NCBI RefSeq assembly: GCF_009914755.1
Contig: NC_060934.1
Direction: 5' to 3' (one strand)
Origin: the human T2T-CHM13v2.0 reference genome, Homo sapiens
DNA: 64,000 nt
A program made the translations under genes and the position numbers. Of this stretch, positions 36,398-48,409 are shown piece by piece (position 1 is the first letter of the stretch; each line of letters opens with the position of its first letter). The notes under the pieces are model-generated. The model saw nothing but the letters and a program-made list of their open reading frames with translations, ran no database searches and was not told the DNA's origin.

Positions 36398-37646
36398 ACT
36401 ATTAATGGAATGTTATTTGGCAATAAAAAGAAATGAAATACTGATACATGCCACAAATGGATGAACCTTGAAAATGTTATGCTAAGTGAAAGAAGCCAGA
36501 CACAAAAGGCCACATATTGTATGATTCCACTTATATGAAATGTCCAGAATAGACAAATTACAGAGGCAGAAGAAAGATTAGTAGCTGCCTAGAACTGGGG
36601 GTTTGGGGGGAGAGGAGACTTGACTGTCACAAGGTATGGAGTTCTTTTTTGGGGTGATGAAAATGTTCTAAAATTGTAGTAATGATTGTACAACTCTGTG
36701 ACTATATTATAAACCATTGAGCATTATACTTTGAGTAAATTGTATGGTATGTGAATTATATCTCAATAAAGCTTTTTTTAAAAATGAGACAGTATTGCAT
36801 ACACAGCAGAATGGCTAACGTCTTTTAAACTGGCAATATCAAGTATTGGCAAGGGTGTGGAATGGTGGTACCTCATAATCCTGCTGATAGAAGTATAATT
36901 GGTACAACCATTTTGGAAACTGTTTATCATCACTGCTTACATTTGAACACATGCATACCCTGTGATCTAAGATTTCCACTCCTAGGTATATCTCCAGCAG
37001 AAGAGATAAATCCAGAAATGCTTTTGGCAGCATTATTAGTAAGAACGGAAACAACCCAAAAGCTTATCAATAGTAGAATGGTTAAATAAACTATGATGAA
37101 GTCACACAATATAATATAATGGAAATGAATAGACTGCAGCTACACACAAAAGGTGAATTTCACAAACCTAATACTGAGTGAAGGTAGCCATATAAATATA
37201 TACTGTATGACTCCATCTTCATAAAATTCATAAAACAGGTAAAACTAAGTTGTGGAACTTAGGAATACATGCTTAAGGAGGTAAGTTATAAAGAAAATAA
37301 GAAAACAATTACCATAAAAGTCAAGAGAGTGATTACTTTGGGGGAAAGAGATATGAGTAATTGGGAAGGGGCAAGAGGGAGTTTCTGGATTGTTGGCAGA
37401 GTTCTATTTTTATAAAACCTGGTGATGAGTAGCATGTTCATTGTGTGATGATTCACTGTGATGTACATTTTGTGTGTACTGTTCTGTATGTTTCACAGTA
37501 GAAATGTTCAGGTGGTGATTAAATACTTAACACAGCACATGTCAGCACACACGCATACATATGTATTGAATCTAAGCAGCAGTTAGTAAATATTTTGTGA
37601 AGATAGTATGCTAAGGACTGATAATTCCGTTTCTTCATTTTTTTAG

Positions 37647-37763
37647 GAATATGTTTATCCAGAAGCCAGAGACAGACAATACTTACTATTTTTCCATAAA
37701 GGAGCCAAAAAGTCACGTTTTGACCTAGAGAAATACAATCAACTCAAGGATGCAATTGCTCAG
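37647..37763 (+). CDS. MCU: MCU coding exon 7
   Basis: ttcttcatttttttag|GAA and CAG|gtaagt; 117 nt, phase 0-0. Encodes EYVYPEARDRQYLLFFHKGAKKSRFDLEKYNQLKDAIAQ. Confidence 0.97.
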
Positions 37764-39125
37764 GTAAGTTTTACAAAAATTAAAATAAATCCCAGCCCTA
37801 TCTTGCATGGTTATTATTATTATCCACAGCCACGGTTCTTCAAATGAGTAAACTGAAGGAATGTTCCAACCCTCTTCTTCCTGTATAAATTATTCCTCAG
37901 TTGATTACAGTAACTATTTTAGGCATGGACATTTCTCTAGAAAGTTTTATAAAAAGCAAGTGAGAAGATGGTGTGTTTGCTCCATCCTGTTAACACTAGC
38001 ACATTGACATTTTTAGGCCTACTTTTACTTTTTTTTTTTTTTCATTTTATTTCTTTGTAGTTGTCTGTTTCTACTTTTCCCTCTGCTTTTTGATTATTTC
38101 TGTAATAATTTATCTAAGATTTTTCACAAAAATGTGTGGTAGCAGTGGGGAAAAGTAAAACCCAGGTAAGAGGGAAAGACTGCTAGAGATCTTTGCCAGG
38201 GACAGTTTAGAGATTATTAAACTAGAAGATGCTTGGAAAAGATTGATATATTTTATTTTTCATAAAAGCTACCTCTTTCAAATTTCTGGATGTGCCTCCC
38301 TCACTCTGTTATCTTTGATTTTGGTGAATAAACCCTCATTCCTTTTCTCTGTAGTCTTTGTGACTTTAGAGATTTTTCAGCAATCTCTAGAAGCTTTTCC
38401 ATCCTCTTTAATGTTTAGTTGCTCTTCTCTGCCTTTCCTGTCTCTTCTTGATGATAGGGTTGTGCTTTGAATAGGCTTAATCCATCTTCCTGCTTTGGCC
38501 TAAGTGGAGTTCTGTCTTCCTTTGCTATGTATGGTGATTCTAAACTGGAGGGAATACATCAGAATCATGCCTGGAGCTGTTAAAAGTACAGATGCTTCAG
38601 TCTCACCCTAGGCTTGCTCGTTAGTCCAGCTCCTCCCGGGTGAAGTCCAAGCATGTGTGAGTTTTGAAAGTACTACAGTTGACTACACACGCTGTTCCAA
38701 AATTCACTGGCTAAGTAAAAACTTAAACAGGTACTGGATAAATAACTAAAATCTTGAGTAGCATAAAGTTCTGGCTCTTAGCCCTTGTGAAAGGGCTTCT
38801 CACTGGAGAAACACCATCAAGATGTATGTCTCAGATGCTCCTTACATTCTTAGCCTCTGAGTCCTACCCTGTTGATAGCACTGATTTTTCTGGAGGCTTT
38901 GTTGAGGGCTGAAACTGCCAAGGATGGCTTCCATTTTGGATTCACCCTTTGTTGTCCTATGCCGTGAGTTAAAATGCTTTGTCTTTCAAGGCACTCTTAT
39001 TTTGAGAGTTATTGAGATGATCTCTCTGACTTATAGTAATGGAGAACAGTTTCCTTTTCTTGGTAGACAGTAATATCATTGAAAGCTTCACTAGCCAGTT
39101 TTCTCACCTTTTGTTTCTATTTTAG

Positions 39126-39203
39126 GCAGAAATGGACCTTAAGAGACTGAGAGACCCATTACAAGTACATCTGCCTCTCCGACAAATTGGTGAAAAAGAT
39201 TGA
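39126..39203 (+). CDS. MCU: MCU exon 8 coding part with stop codon
   Basis: ttctattttag|GCA; encodes AEMDLKRLRDPLQVHLPLRQIGEKD then TGA. Exons 3-8 total 836 coding nt, consistent with a 351-aa protein that has 220 nt upstream of the window. Confidence 0.97.
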   Translation, partial: AEMDLKRLRDPLQVHLPLRQIGEKD

Positions 39204-41075
39204 TCTGCAAAAAGCCTCTGAATCCTGGCAGAAGGAACACCTGTTTGCCTTTTTAATTAAAGCATTGCAGGTGGAAGCTGGGAGCCATGTGGGGGGTAGA
39301 GCGTTTTTACCTTTAATTATAAAACAAAAACAGAAAGGATCTGAGGGAAGAAGGGAATGTTAAAACCTGAGGATCAGGCATTGTGGAATATAAGCTCAAA
39401 GGGCTTAGTGAATATTGTCTTAACCAAGTATCTCAGTTTCTGGATGAAAATGATGCAGTTATATAGTTGAGAGATTCATAAAGAGAAAACAATGCTGGGG
39501 GTGTTCGTTTCTTGCATCTTCTTTGCAGAGTCAGCAAAAGAGTAACACACCAGCACCCCACTCGACTCTATTTGTTTTTAATTTAACTGTCCCTATTTTT
39601 GACATAGGAGTAAATAAATATACTAGAAAAGCAAATTCTCATGATATGCTAAAATATCATTAGCATTTATTTTAAATTGGACCCAGTCTCTGCAGAGTTA
39701 CCAGGAATCTTTCCTTCCAGCATCCCTTTACTGACCACCTACCTGTACCTCTTGGTTACACTCATTTTTTCCATTTGATAATTGGAACCAACTTATAACT
39801 GTTTAATAATTGACACTTTAGATTATCTCTTAATACCTTCTTAAATGTCTATATATCCCAGTGCTCTGGATCAGTGTCTAAAAATCACTGGCAACACTGC
39901 ATGAGGTTGTTGGTTTTGTTTTGTTTTATTAATTAGTCTTTCACAGGAGGAATAATTGCCCTCCTTTATATACTTATCTATTGATAATCCCCTCTCCCTC
40001 CAGAACACAAATCAGAGGGAAAGGGGGTGTTCAGCTGTACTACCAAATCAGGAAGATGTAAGGTTTACAAATTGGCTAAGAATCATGGCTCTGTAGCCAT
40101 TTCAACCAGAATAATTTTATTGCTAATCTGCTTTGTGTGACAGCATTCCAGGCCAGCCAGATGGGACTGCCTTGTCTGGAGGCTTTGTTCATCTCGAAGG
40201 ACACACACTTCCACACTGTTTGTGAGCCCTCCCACCTCCACAACTTCAGTTGTAAATCAAGTGTGTGGATCTCAAAGGGTGCAATTTATCTTTATATAGG
40301 AATACATTTCTAGGGCTTCCTTCAAGCCCACTCTCTTCACCCTATTTTTTCTTATCTTAAATTGAGAGAAAGAGAATTAATCTTATACTTTGTCAAAACA
40401 TTTTCTACCATATTTCCAGATGACATCTGCGCTTGAAGAGTCAAAGGAATCTGTGTCTAATATCCTGTTTTTAACTGCTGTAGGGGCAGGATGGAAAGGA
40501 TGATGGGGGCTGCCACACCACTGATTGGCCTTTTCTTTCACGTGATTCATCCTTCCTCATTGTGGCAAGGAGTTTCTTTCTCTTTTTCTTCCTCCTTTGG
40601 GATCATTGTGTATGAAAAGAAAAACTTTAAATGACAAACCCAGACTCCAGGTGCCTTGCAAAGGTTGAAGGCCAGCCAGGATTGCTGCTGCTGCTGCTAC
40701 TCCTGCCAACACCCCTTTCATTGGCATGACGGAATGAAAGGATGCATGTCTCCACTTCCTGACCCTCCGCCCACTTCCTTCTCCCTCCACCACCCCCAGT
40801 CGTCAGCTCCTTCCCTCATTTATTTTTGTTAAGTTGTGTGAATTATTTTTAACCCATTTATCCTGTTTGTGCATAGGGTTTTTAAGAAGAAACAGCACAG
40901 TGCAACGAGCAAATCTTTTTGGGGTGTGTGGGAAGCAAGGGAGGGAGGACATGGAGAAAAGTTCTTTAAACAAATAGCAAACTATTGAACATGTGTAAAA
41001 TCCTGTATCATTTATGAAATATGTATAAAAAGCAATGTACCTTCTGGAACAATAAATACTTATTCAATTTTTGAA
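39204..41075 (+). other. MCU: MCU 3' UTR
   Basis: Stretch of about 1.9 kb with no recognisable interspersed repeat, running from the stop codon to an AATAAA. The end is estimated at about 20 nt past the signal. Confidence 0.85.
41051..41056 (+). terminator. MCU main polyadenylation signal AATAAA
   Basis: AATAAA preceded by four TGTA motifs (40994, 41004, 41022, 41036), with T-rich sequence downstream. Confidence 0.85.
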
Positions 41076-41699
41076 CGATAGCATCTCATTCTTTAAAACA
41101 AAACCAGAAAAACTACATTTCCTGTGATTCTAGGTGGGAAGTTTTTTACTTCTAAAATTCATTTTTATAAAAATATCATTATCAAATTAAGCTCTTCCTT
41201 AAGCCTATATTTCAAAAATAGGCATTTCACTAGTTCTTCCTGAACCTAAGATAATCAGTATTTTCCTAATTTTCCAGAGCCACCAAGAGGTTGAGTGACC
41301 TGTACAACCGTTAATAAAGTCAGCAGCAGCAGTCTCAGTGAGCCTGAATCCTCATCTCCTGATTGACAGGAAAAATCTCTGTGGTATCAGATCACCTGGA
41401 TTGCCCAGTGCTATGGGCTCCTGGACTCAAGAAAATTGTTCAAAGATGCACCAAAATTAAGTATTCATTATTTTCAGAGTTTGTATCAAATTTACAGTGG
41501 TAGCCAAACAGGAAATATCACATGCTGCCAAGATCACCACAGGCATATTTAAAAACTTGTATTAAATATCTGGTTGCTGGAGTGCAATATGAGGTGCTGT
41601 TCAAAGAGCCTCTGTAGCTGTGGTCCTGCCTTCTGGCAGCTTACAGCAGCCTAACGCAGACAACCCTTACCCCCATGTAAAGTGTAAGAAGGTAAGGTT

Positions 41700-42127
41700 T
41701 GACAGAGCAGAAGCATCGCCATCTTGGACAAGCACTGCCATTTTAAGTTCTCCCAATTAAAAACCGCCTAAATCCAGCCCAGAAAACATCAGCCTAATGG
41801 CTAATGTCAGCATGACCATAAACCATAAATGACACCTTAGACCAGAAACTTTCCAACCCTGAGATAAAGCCCCCTCTGACCAGAGACATCCCAGCCCCGA
41901 GATAACCTCCCCTCCGAACAGACATTCCACCCTTGAAATAAAATTCTCCTCCACCCAGAAACACTCCGAGCATGCGATAAGCTCTCCCTTGCTAAACCCT
42001 TAAGTACCCTCAGTCTGTAAGACAGAATGCTCCTGATTGAAATCAGCCAGAATACTCCCCAAAATAAACCTGTCTTTGACTATTGAGCCACTTCTTGTGT
42101 TTCCTCCTTCTTTCTTCAACTCTTACA
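41700..42127 (+). mobile_element. Solo LTR (LTR19-like)
   Basis: TG...CA ends; perfect 5-bp TSD AGGTT (41695-99, 42128-32); AATAAA 42063-68; internal repeats of about 37 bp. The family name is from recall. Confidence 0.8.
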
Positions 42128-42290
42128 AGGTTGAAAATATTAAGTCGTTTTTTGCATTCAACAAATGGTATCTACATACTTCACACATTCTGTTAAGCTT
42201 TGCAGGGTTGTGTTTGTTTTGGTTAGGTTTTTTAAGGAAAATGAAAACATGATTCCTGCCTTTAAGGAGCTTACAATTTGAAGTTTAAAG

Positions 42291-42488
42291 CAGGAGTATC
42301 CAATCTTTTGGCTTCCCTGCACCATACTGGAAGAAGAAGAATTGTCTTGGGCCACACATAAAATACACCAACACTAATGATAGCTGATGAGCTAAAACAA
42401 AACACAAAAAACCCTCAATGTTTTAAGAAAGTTTACGAATTTGTGTTGAGCTGCACACGGCCTGCAAACCATGGGTAGGACAAGCTTA
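42291..42488. mobile_element. MER30 hAT element
   Basis: ccaatcttttggcttccctg...ggaagaagaagaattgtcttgggccacacataaaatacac. Confidence 0.8.
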
Positions 42489-42499
42489 AAGTATAGTGA

Positions 42500-43335
42500 A
42501 CAACAAAGGAAACCTTATTAAAAAATGGGCAAAGGAGTTGGACAGTTCTCCAAGAAAATATATAAATGGCCAATAAACATGAAAAGATGCTCAACATCAC
42601 TAATAAGGAAAGGTAAAACTACCATGAAATACCACTTCACACCCATCAGAATGGCTATTATCAGAAAAAGCAGAAAATAAAACGTTGGTGAGAAATTGGA
42701 ACCCTTGGTACTCCTGGCGGGAATGTAAAATGGTTCATCTCCTGTGAAAAATGGTTCCTATGGTGGCTCCTCAGAAAGTGAAACAATTACCATATGATCC
42801 AGCAATTCCACTTCTGGGCATATGTCCAAAAGAATTGAAAGTAGGGACAAACGTGTACACACATGTTCATAGCAGCGTTATTCACCATAGCCAAAAGGTA
42901 GGAGTAACCTGAGTGTCCGCCAACAAATGAATGGATAAACAAAACATGGTGTGTGCACACAACTGATTATTATTCAGCCATACAAGAATGGAATTGGGTC
43001 ACATGCCATAACAAGGATGAGCCTTGAAGACACATGCTAAATGAATCAAGCTAGTCACAAACGGACAATTACTGTATGACTCCACTTACATGATTCGTCA
43101 AATTCATAGAAACACAAAGTAACATAGTGGCTGCCAGGGGTGAGGGAGGGAAGAATGACAAGTTATTGTTTAATGCATACAGAGTGTCAGTTTGGGAAGA
43201 TGACAAAGTTTTGGAGGTGGTTGGTGGTGATGGTTGCCCAACGATGTGAATGTACCTAATGCCACTGAACTGTACACTTAAGTGGTTAAAATGATAGATT
43301 TTATGTATATTTTACCACAATAGAGAAAAAAAAGC
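42500..43335 (+). mobile_element. L1MB-like 3' end
   Basis: ccagcaattccacttctggg; gccactgaactgtacactta...ttttaccacaa plus A-rich tail. Confidence 0.85.
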
Positions 43336-43439
43336 ATAGTGGATTAGAGGCAAATAATGATAGTGTCAAATCTATTACTGAGTGTAAGTAATGCAGTTTT
43401 GCTGAGGAAGCATAGACTTTAGAGGTGGAAAAAGTAGAA

Positions 43440-43580
43440 GGGTTCTCAGAACATGGTCCCCAGAGCAGCAGCATGTCATCTCCTGGAGCTGTTAGAAATG
43501 CAAGTTCTCCGGTCCCCTTTGGATCAGAAACTAGGAGTGGAGCCAAGTGTTCAACAAGCCCTCCTGGTGATTCTGATGAG
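43440..43580. mobile_element. MER5A-like element
   Basis: gttagaaatgcaa...aacaagccctcctggtgattctgatg. Confidence 0.65.
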
Positions 43581-44024
43581 AACCATCACTTTAAAGAGAA
43601 AGGAACTGAGGCTCAGAGATGGCGCCTACATCACAACTCCTCAGTGCATCCTGTGGTCAAGTACCAGACTGAGTGGCTGGAGGACTGCTGAGCATGGTGA
43701 CTGGTGAGTAGAAAAGATGTAACCAGAGGTGATGTTAACACTAATGTGGTATCCTGCTTGTCAGGGTGCAGTGGTAAGCACATGGTGGATGCTTTCAAAA
43801 ACAAATACAAATAGGTTGACTTTTTAAATCTATCTGGAAAGATTTCACAGAAAAATGGGACTTCTTAGATTTTAGAGCTCAGTTTCACCGAAACTCTTCA
43901 GAGTTTTAATTCAGTTTTATCACTGCCAACGTTTGTTTGTTGCTCTCCCAAATGAGTCCAAGCTCCTTATTTCCCATGGTGCGCTTGTGATATTTCCTTA
44001 GGATAAATGTGTAAGTTATTTTTA

Positions 44025-44332
<308 letters not shown>

Positions 44333-44779
44333 TACTTATTTGATAAATGTTAATATTTTATAAATGCATCATTCACTGAGCAACCCCTCCTCCTTGAACT
44401 TCAGCTCCTGTGACTCCACCCTTGGGTTTCCGTTCGTAAATCTGTGACTACTTCTTGGTCTCCTTTACAGCGTCCTATTCCTCTGCCCACATCTGTGATA
44501 TTAGGCTTCCCCAAGGTTCCATCTTGGACCCCATTTTCCATGGGTGTGATCTCACCCCTCTCCCCTATTTAAATTACCATTTATATGTTGGTAGCTCTCA
44601 AATTGTTACTCTAGCTCAGATATATCCTAGACTGATTTATCCTCTTCGTAACTGGTCTATTTCTAGCATTGCCTTCTGTACATTAAATTCTCTCAATGTC
44701 ACCAGAGTATTTTTGTTTTTAAATTCTAATAGCACATAATTTAGAAAAATTGTAACATATGAACAAGCATTAACATTAA

Positions 44780-45297
<518 letters not shown>

Positions 45298-46021
45298 TAA
45301 AAGGAATATTTGGAACTATTGGAGCAATTTAAATATGGATTGGATATGAGTTAAGGAATTATTACTAATTTTCATAGTTGTAATAAAAGCATCATGATTA
45401 TGTAAAAAAATACAATGTGTTAGAAATGCATACTGGTATGTAAATGAAATTGATAGAATGTTAGTAATTATTATAGCTGAGTGTTCATTATTGTTCTTTA
45501 TACTTTTGTATATATATTTGAAATTTTTCATCATAAAAAGTAAAAAATGAAAGAGCAGGTCAACTAAAAAGGAAAAAATAGAAATAAGGGGGAAAAAACA
45601 TCTTACCATCCTGGGAATTCTTGTTTACAGAACCAAAGGCTATCTGGTGAAAGTCCTTGACTCCAGCAATCAATCCTGGCAACAAGTCTGGGTTTATCTC
45701 ATGCACACGTCCTCTGTTTCTCTGCAACACATATGAAGCCCTCAGATGGCTTCCTAGGCGCAGGAAGTTGTGGGGGATTGTTTTTTCTGTTTAAAGCACT
45801 GATACTTAGCAACACTATCCTGCAATGAGACAGCAGAGTCATCCATTGCTGCCATCAAACCACAACTTAATAAGTTAATGGTCAAATTGCCTGTGTCCCA
45901 CTGATGTTAGTAATGAAGTAGCTAACTACAATTTTAGATCAATGGAAACCCCTTGCTTGACCATAAACCCTGTGCTTCTGGAGACCATGTGTACTTTTGT
46001 CATTGTCAAAAACCAGTGATT

Positions 46022-46359
<338 letters not shown>

Positions 46360-46739
46360 TCAGGAAATTTTGACATTTAATTTTCCAGAGTGTTAATTTA
46401 ATGAGTAGTTTCTAATTTTAAGCTCCTACCCCATCTTAATGTGAGAATTAGTGAAATAAATAACATTAAACCATTTTTTAATTTTGGGAGTAAAGACAAT
46501 AAAAATATGAGGTATTGCTGCTTGAATTAGTAAAAACACAATTTAAACCTTGTTTCTTTCAGAAGTTTTGAGGCCAAAGACCGTAATAAAACAAACTCAG
46601 GAGCTTATTTCAAGAGAATACTGTCCTTGTCTCATACCTGTCCTTACTACTTTGTTTTGTGTGCTATTATAAGCTCCTCAACCATCTGACCAAGACAGTT
46701 GCAGTGATTTGGCTTCATCCATTCTCGTTTAGTGTGCAG

Positions 46740-47180
46740 TGCTATGGCTGCAACATTGTGAAATCAATTCCTAGAAGTCACAAAGCAAGAATTTGACGTG
46801 AAGGGATGTCCCTCATTTAGAATTCCCTTCTGGATAAGATACTGGGGTTTCATTGCAGGGAATTCTTGAGAGAAAACAATAGGAGGATGAGGGATTGTGA
46901 GTTGTGTTTTTTTTTTTTTTTCCTAAAGAAAACTATTAATAAAGGAACCCTGTTGACAGTGTAAAGCAGTGCTTCTCTCTGGGGCCAAGGCCAGAGCTGT
47001 GGACACCTTATCCCACTCATCCTCATCCTCTTCCTCTGATAAAGCCCCTACCAGTGCTGATAAAGTCTTTCTCGTGAGAGCCTAGAGGCCTTAAAAAAAA
47101 AAGTGCTTGAAAGAGAAGGGGACAAAGGAACACCAGTATTAAGAGGATTTTCCAGTGTTTCTGGCAGTTGGTCCAGAAGG
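46740..47180 (+). promoter_or_regulatory. OIT3: OIT3 promoter and 5' UTR (non-CpG-island)
   Basis: T run 46907-46922; TATA-like TATTAATAAA 46934-46943; CCAAGGCCA 46985-46993; two CTGATAAAG; no ATG between about 46960 and 47181. The transcription start is not determinable from sequence. Confidence 0.6.
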
Positions 47181-47241
47181 ATGCCTCCATTCCTGCTTCT
47201 CACCTGCCTCTTCATCACAGGCACCTCCGTGTCACCCGTGG
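47181..47241 (+). CDS. OIT3: OIT3 coding exon 1 (signal peptide)
   Basis: agaaggATG with A at -3; MPPFLLLTCLFITGTSVSPV hydrophobic leader; G|gtgagt donor, phase 1. Confidence 0.95.
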
Positions 47242-47978
47242 GTGAGTCTCATGTCAAGAACTTGGCACAATGCACTTTTTGTTGTGGCAATTTGCTATAA
47301 TGTACAGATGATTAAGAACTAGATTCCAGTACCTTAAATGCTAGCTCTAGAATCTTGTAAGAAAAGTCCCTAATAATCCTTGAAAATAGATTTCCCGAGA
47401 ATTTCTGTTACATGTTCCATTTAGCCTCTTGCCTGGACTCCAAAATTTCCATGGATCTGCCATATCCCACAGCTTTCACTAGCTAAAGAGTTCCTGGAGT
47501 ATGTGTAAAAATAATTCTATCTTCTTTGTGTTCTAGGCACTTTATAGTTCCAACTTGAAGAGCCAAAAAAAAAAAAATTAAAGTTGAGCATAGAATTTTT
47601 CTTTAATGAAGGCAAGGGACTGAAAGCTCTGTTGCCATGGGGGGCACAGATCTGGATAAACCAAACTCATTAGTCTTTATGTCAGAAAATAAGACTTTTT
47701 GCACAGATCGAGTGAATCTTAAATTGTCTCCCTCCTCAGGCTTGGTGCAAAACTGGCCAGTCAGGCAAAGAAAAGTTTCAATTCCAGTTACTAACAGATT
47801 TCTCTCTTGCATCTTTTTCTAGTAGAATGTGAGTACTAACTGGAACAGAGGGTGGGGGTGAGATGGAGAGAACCATCCTTCTTGACACTTTTGAGTAGCT
47901 CAGTATCTAATTGACCCTGGCTTATTTCTTCATGGTTGCTCTAGTACCTGAAAGGATACACATTAAAAATAGGCTTGT

Positions 47979-48409
<431 letters not shown>

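Noticed and set aside
40683-40698. (CTG)5 in the MCU 3' UTR
   Set aside because: Too short to suggest instability or function on sequence alone.
41841-41990. Regularly spaced repeats of about 37 bp, superficially array-like
   Set aside because: These are degenerate tandem units inside an LTR with no unique spacers. This is eukaryotic DNA with no cas genes, so it is not a CRISPR array.
47103-47180. In-frame GTG that would extend OIT3 by 26 aa
   Set aside because: The ATG at 47181 has good context and begins a clean signal peptide. The extension is hydrophilic and unsupported.
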